From positions 96,001-160,000 of the forward strand of contig CAVTHO010000010.1 in NCBI GenBank assembly GCA_963734545.1: DNA of 64,000 nt, in the 5' to 3' direction. The notes under the pieces were generated by a model. It saw only the letters and a program-made list of their open reading frames with translations. It did not search any database and was not told where the DNA came from. A program made the position numbers and the translations under genes. Below are positions 12,001-24,000 of this stretch, one piece after another (position 1 is the stretch's first letter; each line of letters starts with the position of its first letter). The DNA is from an uncultured Spirochaetota bacterium. Its GTDB lineage: Bacteria > Spirochaetota > Spirochaetia > SZUA-6 > Fen-1364.

Positions 12001-15000
12001 CGCCGCCGTCCGCGATGACCTTGGTGAAGCTGCCGGTGCCGCTCTCCGGGAAACGGTGGCTCCATTCGCCGTACTCCACGGTGATGGCACTGGCATCCCC
12101 GGTCACTGTGAACTTCTCGCCGCCGTCCGTGGTATCCAGGTACTCGCGATCACCTGCCCGCTTGCCGGTATGGAGAATCAGGGTCCCGGCCTCCTCATGC
12201 GCCAGCACCGGCTGGACCTTGGGCGCCTTGTATTCCCATTCCGCCAGGGTGATGTCGAAGATCTCCCAGTCCACCACGCGCTTCATGATCTTGCCGACGA
12301 ACGGGATGGACACTCCCACGTCCACGAACACGTAGGCTTCGAAGTACGCGCGGCCGTGCAGGTTGAAGAGGTTCAGGAGCCCTCCGGGGGCGTCGTAGCC
12401 GGTGTAGTTCCACATGGTGATGAGCTCGGACACGCGGATCTTGCCGTCGTCGTTGATGTCCTGGAGGTCCAGGCCCGCCTCGAAGCCGATGTCCCCGCCC
12501 AGGCCCGCCTCCACGACGAGCGCCCAGATGGAGGCCTCCACGCCGATCTCGATGCCGAAGGTGAGCTCGTCCTTTTCCTTGCCCTTGTTGTCGCCGCTCA
12601 GGCTGTAGTCCGATATGAAGAATCCGTCGAAGGCTTCCCAGGCGTTCCCGGTCTGGATGGCGCGCCTGATGCCGTAGGTGTCGTAGCCGAAGCCCAGGTC
12701 TGCCGTGATGCGGAACCCGCCCTTTCCGTACACATTGATCACGACCGGGCCCGCGGTGATGGAAGCGATCTGCTGGAGGAAGCTGAGCTCATATCCGAGA
12801 AGGGGCATCTCGTAGGTCAGGAGCGTCGCGTCCCCGCCCGTCAGGAGCTTCATCCAGTTCCCGATGTCGGTGAGGTAGTCGATGATCTCGAAGCCGCTGC
12901 GCTGCTCCGAGATGGTCCCGCCGCCCGCGCCGGTCTGTATCGTCTCGCCGCCCAGGCTCATGTTCTTGATGTCGTCCAGGAAAGACTTGAAGTCGCTCAC
13001 CAGGGAGTTCTCCGCCTGGACGGCCGAAGGATGGTCGGTGCCGAGGCCGAGGATGTTGCCCAGGAGGATGTCCCCGTTCGTGCCGAGCATCTTGTCCACC
13101 GTGAGGGTGAGGTCGATCATGTTCTGCACTGCGTACAGGAAGGCGGGCGGCATCTCGGGATAGCCGAAGAGCGAGGCGATCTTGTTGATGAGGCCCAGCA
13201 GGCACGGCGGATCGACCAGCACGTCCAGCCCGGGGACAGGCGTCAGAAGGATGTCGACCACGATCCCGACGGGCTCCAGGATGTCGGCGATCTTGTCCAC
13301 GATGGGCTTCAGGATGTCGCTGATGAAGCTTCCCACCTCCAGGCGCAGGTTGTTCAGCCCGATTTCGGGCTCCTGAGCTCCGTCGTCCAGGCTCCAGCCC
13401 CAATTCGCCACGAGGTCGGCCCGCAGGCGCGGGAGGCCCTTTGCGCCCTCGATTTCCAGGATCAGGTCGAGCTTCAATGTCGCGTCCACGCCCAGGTTCA
13501 CGTTGAAGAGATCGTCCATGGGCGTGGAGAGGAGCCGGTTGAAGGTGAGCCGACCGGTGCCCGGCTCGCCCGACACGTCGATGGAGAGGAACCCGAAGAG
13601 GCCGCTGGGCTGGAACCCGTCCTTGGCCGGGTCGCGGTCCGCGTCCCGGGCGGTCACCTTGAAGAACAGCAGCACGCCTTCGGCGACGAACGGAGTGACC
13701 ACGGCGTTGTCCAGGGGCTTGCCGTCCAGGAAGGCGCCGATCTCGACCTCGATTTCAGGGTCGCCGGGATTGTGGGTATCGTTGGTGACGAGATAGAACC
13801 CGTCCGCCAGGCTCAGGCCCATGCCGAAGTCGAAGGTCCATGACATCTGCACCGCGAACCCGCCGTCCACCTGCAGCCCGAAGCCCGGCAGGTCTATGTC
13901 CAGGGGGATGTCCACCCCGGTCCCGAACACGATCCCGCCCAGGGACACCTCGAACTGGATGGCATCCGCGTCGGAGTCGTACCCGTCGCTCTCCTGGGGC
14001 ACCTCGTCGCCCAGGACCCACGCTTTCAGCAGGTTTCCGTTCTCGTCGTACCAGCCGACCATGATGTCGGAGATATCGATCCGCCCGTCTCCGTTCCCGT
14101 CCAGGACGATGTCCAGACCCGAGGGGCCGAATACATCCCAGATCGCGTCGCGAATGTACTGGATGGCCGCCCCGGGCCTTTCCAGCTTGGCCCGCAGCTC
14201 CGCCAGGAACCCGAGGCGCAGATCCCGGATGAAGGTCGCGGCCTGTGCCAGCTTGTTCCCCACGATGGGCAGGTCGACCGCCAGGTTGGAGCCCAGCACG
14301 TCCTGCACCGCGCCCAGGGCAAAGTCCACGCCGTCCAGGATGTAGCCGGGGTCGTTGAGGATGCTCAGAAGCGAGAAGTCGGGCAGCTCGAGATTCGGAA
14401 GCACCACGATGACCGCGTCCACGGTGCCCGTGGGGGATCCGGCGAGCCTGCGGAACACCTCCAGGAGAGCCTGCTCACCGTACCCTGCCGGGCTCGGCGC
14501 GGCGTTGGTGTAGACGTGGACCGGGTCCAGGTCGAAGAGGCCGGGGATTTCGACCGGCAGGAGAATGTCGAACCCGCCCTTCAGGTCGTAGTCGAGATTG
14601 TCGAGGATGCCTTCGTCCAGGAAGTGGAACCGGCCGTCGTCCGCGACAGGGCCCGACCGCTGGTTGATGGACAAGGTGAACGTGGCGAAGTCCACGGCGG
14701 TGACGACCGCGCCCTCCGTGTAGAAGGCGCCCCCGGCCCCGTAGGTGAGCCTCCCCAGATACGCCGAGCCGCCCCGCACGCCGATCCCGAAGGGCTGGAA
14801 CAGCAGCTCGAGGTTTGTCCCCTCCACCTTCAGGCCGATGGTGACTCGCGTTCCCGTGTCGTCGGCGGGGGAAGAGTTGCCCTGATCCTCAAAGTCGAAG
14901 AGGAAGAAGTCCACGTTCCCGTTTTCGATGTCGCCGAAGTCGATCCCCACGTCGACGACCATCTCGACGAAAGCGTCCCAGGAGATGTCGGCCCCGGCAG

Positions 15001-18000
15001 ATACCAGCTCGTCGATGAACCCCCAGCCGGTCCCCGTGCTTCCCGTGAACATGCCGATGATATCGCCCAGGTTGAAGGAGAAGCTGACGTTCATCATGTC
15101 TTCGGAGAGGATGTCCGAGAGGACCTTGTCCCACTCGATGTGCAGCTTGAGGACCGTCATGTCGGCCAGTGACAGGGAGAAGACCTGCTGGTCCGGCGCG
15201 AGGCTGTTGTTGTCGTGAATGCCCAGCGCGTCCTCGATGATCACTTCGACTTCCTGGATGGCTGCCGCGGGGTTCTCCGCCGCCGTCTCGAGCTTGTTCA
15301 GGAGGTTATCGACGAAATTGAAGGCGTCGCTCACCCTGCGGTTGATGATGGGGATTTCCTGCTCGTAGAAAGGAGTTTCCTTCAGCGCCGCCTCGATGAA
15401 CTGCACGCCGGAGCGGATGGCCTCGATGATGTTCTCGAAGCTCAGGTCCTTGAAGCCGAACGAGCTCCCGAAGTCGGGAAGAACGAGGACCACGTGCTTC
15501 GCCGCGATCCACTGATCGAACTGCGCCTGGTTGTACTCGGTGTCGAGGACCGTTTCGATATTCGACCACTCGGTGAGGTCGGGAATGGTGAGGGAGATCT
15601 CCTTGCCGGCCAGGGCGCTCGTGTCGAGGAGAGGAATTTCCGGCTCCACCGCGAGGCCTTTCAGCTTCGCCTGGGCGTAGCCTTCAAAGTCGAAGTCGAG
15701 GGCGTCGATGAGGTCACCGCTCACGAGATCCAGGAGAGAGAAGGTCCGGTCGTTCTCCGTGGCAAGGTTGCCGTCCGCGTCGAGAGTCAGGGTGGCCCGG
15801 GCCAGGAGGTGCACCCCGCTGCCCGTTCCCGGGCCGCCCGCCGTGAGGCTTACGAACCCGAGCCGGGCAAAGAAGGCGAGGTTCTCGAGGTCCAGGGACG
15901 CCCGGCCGGAAACGTGGGCATTGTTGATGAGCACGCTCAGCCCCTCGCTCCCGGTCAGGCCGTCGAAATCCACGATCCATTCGAAACCGCCTTCCACGGT
16001 GACCTTCAGGTCGGCGACGGCGGAGGTGCCCAGCTCCAGCACGTCCCCCAGATCGAACCCGAGGTTCAGCGGGAGGCCCTTGATGTTGAAGAGGTCGACC
16101 TCGAAGGAGGCCACGTCGCTTTGCGTGAGCAGCCCCACGTCCACCAGCTCGTACAGGTCGAATCCGTCGAAGCTCAGTTTCCCGGCCTCCACCAGGTCGA
16201 GGTCGGAGAGGTTGGACCGGCCCAGGAGCCCCGCGCCGATCAGGTCTGCCAGGGTGACGCCGAGGGTATCCGACGCCAGGAGGTCAACGAGGTTTATTGA
16301 CGATTCGGGGATGACACCGGCCCCGATGAGCCCCTTGCCGACAAGGTCGGCCACGGCGAGGCTCACGTTGGTGAACTCGGATCCCCCGATGAAGCTCATG
16401 TCGATGAGGTCGGACAGGCTGTACAGTTTCAGCCCGGTCAGCGCGGTCATGTCCACCCAGTCGGCCTGCTGGAGCTCCGTCGTCAGCGCCAGGCTGCCGT
16501 CGGGTTTGGTCGCGTACAGCGAAACGTGCAGCTTCAGCAGGTCCGCCCCTGTCATGAGACGGGAAGCGATCAGGGCGTCATAGGGGATTTTCAGGCCGGT
16601 CTTCAGGCTCGTCGCGGAAACAAGGTCGGCGTCCAGGAGATCGGTCAGACGGACCTTCACGGCAGTCGAGGAAAGGAGCGCGGACAGGGAGATCGTCGAC
16701 CCGGTCAGCGCGCCGGGGGAAACGAGCTTGAGGCTCTCCAGGGACGAAATCGACAGGGAGGTGGCGGGGGCGAAGGAATCGGCCGTGATCAGGTCCCACT
16801 GTGCCAGATCGCGCAGTTTCACCAGGGGCAGGTTCAAAAGCCCGTCCAGGAGAACGTCCTTGTCAAACTCCTGCGACGGGTTGATGGCGCCAAGCTCGAG
16901 AAGCTTCGCGAAATCCGCCCGGCCCAGGTTGTTCAGGTTCCGAAGGTTGAAGCTGTTCAGGAGGAAGTTGAAATCCACCGGCAGGTGAAGGCTTCGCGTT
17001 GCAGGATCGTAGACGGCGTCAAGGCCGGCAGGCAGGATTCCCGCCCTGGTGAACTCTTCAACAAAGCCCTGGACGGTGTTGATCCTGGCCAGGTCGATCC
17101 TGGAGAATACCTGCTCGTTGAAGGTGGTGGCGAAGTCGAAGATATCGCCCAGGGTCTTGTTGACGATGGGGATTTCGGTGGACATGAAATCCGAACCGCT
17201 CACGGACTCCAGCCAGTCCAGGGTGTTCTGGATCATTGCAATCAGTGAGCCGAGGTTGAAATCGCTGAAATCAAGGAGGGATTCGAGGTTCTCGTGGGTG
17301 AGAGCGAGCGAAGGGCCGCCCGCTTCGGGGAAGAGAGTGCCGCTCAAGCCCACGCGGGGCGGCGCGCGGGGATCACCGAAACTGACGCCGCCAAGGTTCG
17401 CGAAGACGGGAAGGTCCACCTCGATGTAGTTGTTCCGCGTTCCGGCGCTGTTCATGGTCGGGGCAAAATCAATGCCCGCGCTCTCGTGGTAGGAAACGGT
17501 CGCTCCCAGGTCCAGGGACAGATTTCCTTTTTCTCCGTCGGCCTTGCCTATCGAGATGTCCAGGGGCCCGATGGCGGCGCCCAGGACCAGGTCATCAACG
17601 GACGCGTGACCCTGGAAGGTCAGATGGTTTATGGAGAAGGAAGCTTCGTCGGTTTCCCAATTGAAGGAGAAGCTCAAGGACAGATCCATTGCCAGAACGA
17701 GATTCACCTGGGCATCGCCGTCCAGGACCAGGCCGATGGTCTGGGCCGGCTCACCCAGATTGATGCCCATGGTGCGCTGATAGGTCGACGCAGCATCGAA
17801 GGTGACGCTGACCCCGACAATGGCGTCCGAAGCGTTCCGCTGGGGCTCCCAGGCCAGCAGGCCGTTACCCCCGGCCAGGCTGGGGAGCCAGTACTTCTCG
17901 AGGTACGTGAAGAGGCCGCCGATGGTGGGGCCTCCCGCACTGTAGAAATCCTTCTCCGGGTTCCCCGCCTCCTCCTGCCCCAGGGGGATGCTCAGGTCCC

Positions 18001-21000
18001 GCTCGAATGTCCCTGTCGTCAGGTACGGACGCAGGTAGTGCTTGATGTACTGGCCGAGCTGCAGCAGGTTGTCGAGCCCCAGGAGGCCCACGAGCGAGGA
18101 ATCGGTGCCGGGAATGGTCTTGTTGAGGAACGCGTTTCCCTCCGCGACGACGTTTCCCCGGTTGTCGTAGCGCGTGATGAACTGGTCTTTCAGGTCGAGG
18201 ATCTGGTCACCGAGCAGGTCCAGGGCCGCGAAGGCCAGGTCGTTCAGGATCCCGCCGATTTCCCTCAAGTCTGCCGTGAACCCGGGGGAAAGCTCACCGT
18301 CGTAGAGGTCAGTGTCCCCGAATCCGATGCTTCCGAGCGCCACGCCCGTTCCGCCCACCGAGGCGTAGAGGGGCAGGAAAACGAGCACACGGTTCTGGAA
18401 GGCATTGTGGGCCTTGTCCTCCTGGTGGTTGAAGCTGAAGGCCCCGGCGTCAAAGGTTACGCTTCCACCCAGCTCAATCTCCACCCGGCCGGCGTGGTTG
18501 GTGTGCAGGTCGATTGCCTCGTAGCCCAGGCCGATCTCGATGTCGGGGGCACTGAACGATCCTGAGAACTTGAACTCGTCGAAGTTGAACGCGAACTCCC
18601 CGGTAGAGAGATCCACCCCGAAGTCGAACCTCAAGGCCGTGGAGACGGACACTGCGAGGTCGACCTCGGCGTCGAGCGCGAGCCCCACGCCGCCCAGGTT
18701 CTCCGCGATGGCGAGGGTCACAACGTCGGCAAAGGAATAGGCCCCGTTGAAGGAGATTCCCAGGTGGCTGCCGGCCATCGTCACGGTCAGGAAGTCACCG
18801 CCCACGCCGGTCGAAATCCCCGGCAGTGTCGGGACCCAATGGGCGGTCAGGAAGGACGCCAGGCCGTTCCAGATGTCCGCCGGCGTGACATCTCCCGTGG
18901 CCACCGAGCCCGGCCCGATCCAGGACACCGTGTCGAGGTAGGCGAACACATGGGTGTCGATGTCGAGAAGGGCCTCGATCCCATTTCCCGCGCCGAAGAA
19001 GCTGTTCAGGTCACGGTCGATCCCGGGGATCGTCAGGTCGAAGAACCCCGAGCCGAGCAGGTCCTGCTTCAGGCCCCGAATGAGCCCTGCCAGGTCTTCC
19101 AGGAGTCCCCGGATCACGCTGTCCGCCAGGTTGCCGAGGGCGCCGGCGATGTCGGGAGTCGTGATGATCACGGGATCATAGGGGCCCGGGTTGAGGTTCA
19201 CGATGTGCCGGAAGACCTCCTCCAATCCCGTGTTGATGCTCCCCTGATAGAGAGGATTGGTCCGAATGCTCAGATCCGGCGACAGGGGTATCACGGTCCC
19301 GAACACGTCCAGGGTCAGGGGCAGAACGACTTCCAGGCCGCCGTTCACGCCCGCGAACTGGACGTTGTCCAGGAGGTTCTCCGTGGCGAAGTGGAACCTC
19401 CCGTCCGACAACGGATCTGCCGGATCCAGCACGAAGGCAATGGTAACAAAGTCCGACCGGTCGGCGGGATCCGTCGCCTCCGGGTTCGTGGACGCGTCCC
19501 CGTCGGCGTCCATGGTCATCGTTCCCGCTGTTACGCTCAGACCGATGGAATCGAAAATGCTGAACGACAGGTCGAGGTTCTCCGCGAGCAGCTTGAACCC
19601 GGCATCCACGCGCGTGCCCGTCTGCTCGGCGTCGTTCCAGTCGTAGAGGAACTTGTCGGCCGACCCGCCCGATGCCCGGGGCCCAAGGTCAATTCCGGCC
19701 TCGATTCGAACCCGGGCGAATGCGCTCACGCGGACGGTCCCGCTGCCCTCCAGGGCCACCAGGTCGTCGATCCCTTCCAGGCCGGGGAGACTCCCGCCGA
19801 CGAGACCCTTGAACAGACCGAGATCGAAATTGAAGGGCGTGCTTTCCTCCACGTCCTCTTCCAGCTTGAACCGCAGGCGAAGGACTGTGCCCTCCATGAA
19901 GACGGCGAAAACTGCCCCTGCTGTCTCGAAGTTCAGACCCAGCTTGTTCAGGATCAACCCTATCAGTTTCTGGATGTCGTTCTCCGGGTTGTACAGCTCA
20001 CGCTCCACGGCGTTCACGGCATCATTCATCATTCCGATGAAGGCCAGGATCTCGCGCGGGGATTTGTCGATCAGGGGGATCCTGAGGTCCTTGAAGGCAT
20101 CGTAGATCGGGGAGTTGGGATCCGTGACCCAGAAGGGAAGCCGGTCAAAAGCCTTGAACGCGTAATCCCGGGCCCTCAGGATCATGGACAGTATGTCCTC
20201 GATATGGAGGTACTGGTAGAAAGTGAAAGCAGCGGGGAGGTTTGTCAGGTCGAGGGTCATGTAGCCGGGGGCGGTCCGGGCACGGGCCAGATCGCTCACC
20301 ATGAGCGTGACTCCGCCATCGTCCGACGCGGGGATCCCGCCTATGCCCGTGTTCACCTTGATTCCGAGCAGCGTCGCCTGCGCCTCGCCGGTCACAGCGC
20401 CGTGAAGGATGGAAGCGACATCCAGCCCCGAGAGGGACGAGATCAGGAATTGCCGATCGCCGGCGGTCGCAAGGTCACCGTCCTGGTCGGGCACCAGGGT
20501 CTGCGACACGTTCACCCGGACAAGGCTTCCCGGTGCGTATCCCAGTGTCACCCCCACGAATCCGAGCCGACCCGCGGCCTCGAAGTCCGTCACCTCGAAA
20601 GATACCGACCGTGTGAGGGACGCCGCGTCCACGGAGTACGTCAGCTCCCCTTCGGTCGGACCGCCGGTCTCCCCGTCAAAATCCACGACATAGTCGAGCT
20701 GTCCGGACACCTCGACCAGGAGGTCTGCCAGCGCCGTTGTCCTCAGACCCACCAGGTCGAGGCCGTAGTCACCTGAAAGGTCGAGGGCCGCACCGTTCAA
20801 GCCGAAGTATTGCAGGGCGTGGCTGTCCACCTCGGCGTCCCCCACAAGACCCAGGCTCACGAATGACGCCAGGCTGTCCAGGTCGTTCAGGTTCAGGAGG
20901 CCGCGGTCGCCGAGCTCGTTAAGGGAGAAAGACGGGGTCTTGAGATCTGCTGAGACGAGCAACCCATGGGCAGCCAGGCTCCTCAGAGAAACCAGTTCCT

Positions 21001-24000
21001 GATCGAGAAGGGCGTCCTTGTCCACGGTGGCCGAGGCGCCGAGATAGGAGGGATCCACCACGCCCGCCTTGACCAGATCGCTGAACCCGGCAAGTCCGAG
21101 GGAGAGAAGGCTCCCGGCCCCGTTCAAGAGAACCTCGTCGTTTCCGGCGCCCGTGATGACGGCGGCCTCCTGGAGGATTGCCCGGTCGAACATCCGGGAC
21201 GAGGCCACATCGTCCAGCGACCGGGCCGTCACAGACCGGCTCAGGTCGCCGAACCCGACCAACCCGTCCGCAACGAGTCCCTTCAGGGACACGAGTCCGG
21301 ATCCGAGCAGCGCCTGGAGGGACACCATACCGTCCGGTCGGATCAACCCCAGGGCGTTCAAGGCCGCCGTTGTGACCAATCCCGAGCCCGTGAGAGCGGC
21401 AGGGCTCAAGGCCTTGTTATTGAAGCGGCTCTTGCCCACGAGGCCTTGATCCACCAGCTGGGGAAGCTCCGCGCCGTGGCGAATGATCAGATCGCCGGGA
21501 TTCAAGAATCCCCAGTCGATCAGGTCCCCCAGGTAGATCGTCTCCAGGACATCGTAGAGAAACACCTGATGCGCGCTGATGTAGTTGTTGAGGTCCCCGT
21601 TCTCGAACAGGACGGATTCCTCGAGCTTCACGATATCCAGGCCCATGCCGGGGTCAGCCAGGTCGGCGGCATCCACGAAGTCCCGGCGAATCAAGGACAG
21701 GAGCGTCACGCCCTCCAGGTCCAGCGCCACCAGGGTCCGCACGGGCACCGCGGCACCCAGGGTGTCGGGGACATCCACCGCGAAGGCAGTCTCGATGTCG
21801 GCCGCGTTCAAACCGACGTCGACGAAATCATCCAGACCGACAAACTCGTAGCCGACATACTCGGCGAGGGTCAGGTCGTAGAGAATGGAGCTCAGGAGCG
21901 TGCTGAGAGGGACCGTGCCCAGGTGAACGATGCCATCGAACTGACCGTCCGTGAAATGGGCGGATCCCTCCAGGTCGCTTTGCTCGAACACCTTGTTGAC
22001 GAAGTCCTGCCGGGAAAGAAGGCCGCAATCCACCAGGGATGCCAGCGTCACGTGACTGTCGGCAAGAAGGTCCTCGAGGGAAACGAAGCCATCGGTGCCC
22101 ACAAGATCCTGCTCAACGATGTACTTCTTTCCCACCACGCCGGAATCCAGGAGCTTCTCCAGGGGTACATGCCCGTTCGCTGCCAGGTCCCCGGCGTCCA
22201 CGAGCCCCGCGTGCACAAGCTGCCACAGGCTGACGGCGCTCTGCTTGTAGAACTGGGCCGGGTCCACCAGGCCTTTCTCGACAAGGGCGTCAATGGAAAC
22301 CAGGTTTTCAGCGAGGAATGTTTCAAGGTCTATGGGGCCTGAGTCACCGTATCCGAGAGTTGAAAGGGCATTGCGAGCGACGATATCCGAGGTCAGAAGG
22401 TCCGGCAGAGGAAGGGTGGGTACGAGTAGAGGCAGCGCCGAGGGCGGCCCGCGAGCAAGCTCGTGCAGGCTCACCATATCCAGCGCCAGCAGGTCCGACA
22501 CGCGCACATAGTCCGGCGCCCCTCCCTCGCCCTCCTGAACCAGGTTATTCTGCTCGAGCTCCCGGATCGAGACCTTCGCCGCGGCCAGAAGGTCGTCCAC
22601 GGTGATCGTCGCCGCGCTCAGGTCCACGTCGTCGGCCGTCACGAGACCGGCAGAAACCAGGTCCTCCATGGTCAGAAGGCTTCCACTCAAGAGATCGGAG
22701 ACGGCGACAACATCGTTTCCCGCGCTGTCCTGTGTCACCAGCCCGTCCAGGAGGGCCAGCTCGAGGAGGTCCGACTCAAGGAGAGCCTGCCGGTCCAGGC
22801 TGCCCTGCACGAAAAGATCGGCAAGCAGCACTTCGGGCAGGTCATCGTTCAGGTCATTCACGGTGATGAGCCCCACCCGGACCAGGTCTTCCATGGTGAC
22901 GGAGGTGTTGGCCAGCAGCAGGGCCGCGGTGACCCGGTCACCGTGACGAATAAAGCCCAGGCCGTCGAGCTGTTCGGTGATGGTACGGTCAAAACCGAAC
23001 AGGCGCAAATCCGCGGCCGGAAGGTCAGCCAGGCGACCGCGCTCAAGCAGTCCCTGGTCGACCAGGTCTCCCATGGTCAAAGAGCCGGCGGACACGATTT
23101 CGGGTATGGACCTGCGTGTCGTCATGCTCTTGTCGATGACCCGGGAGCTCAGGAGAGCGGCTTTATCCGCTTCACCCAGCGGACGGAGGTTGTCGTGGGT
23201 GAGGATCTGGAAGTATACGAGCTGGCTCAGGGTGATGGGGCTTTGCTCCAGCAGCGCACCGAGGTCGATGATGGAGCCCGGGCCGATCAGCCCGCCGTGC
23301 GCCGTGATCGCGGTGAAAAGGGAAGAGGCCTTGGCCATGATGTCCGAGGTGCGCAGCTTGTCCAGCAGCACCTCGGCCGGCAGGATAAGATTGCTCCGGG
23401 CCAGGTCTCCCAGATCGGCGAGGCCAGAATCGACAAGGGCGCTCAGGTCGATGTCCTCGATGTTCAGCGCGGAGATACCCACGAGCCCCGCGTTCACAAG
23501 ATCGTCGATTCCCGCCAGACCGGAGCCCAGGACAGCCCCCAGGTCGAGGGACTCCGTGGCCAGGGCGGACACGTTGAGCAGGCTTTCGCCGACCAGCTCG
23601 GCCACGTTCGTCAACCCCGATCCAAGAAGGGACGAAAGGGAAAGCTGGCTCAAGGTCAGATTGCCGGCGGAAACAAATCCGGCCCCGATCAGCTCTTCCA
23701 GCGTGATTACCCCGGAAGCGGCCAGCGCGTGCAGGGAAACGCTGCCGGAATTGTTGAGACCCTTGTAGTCCAGCTCGAACTGGGTTGCCAGCCCTGCCGC
23801 AACGAGACTCGCCGTGCTCAAGGTCGCGTCCGCGAAATCAGCGGCCTGGACCAGGTTCTTCTTCACGAGCTCGGTTAAGGTGGCGACCCCGCGGGAGAGG
23901 ATGCCGCTGACGGGCAGGAGGGTTGACGGAGTGAAATCGGAGGCGGCAATCAATCCTTCCCGGACAAGATCATTGAGCTGGACAGCGGCCCCGGAAATCA

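Noticed and set aside
9098-13843. 1581-aa plus-strand ORF and the many other long plus-strand ORFs in 1-28 kb
   Set aside because: Antisense shadows of the high-GC giant gene (same codon register, V/H/Q/R-rich, no motifs or ribosome-binding sites).
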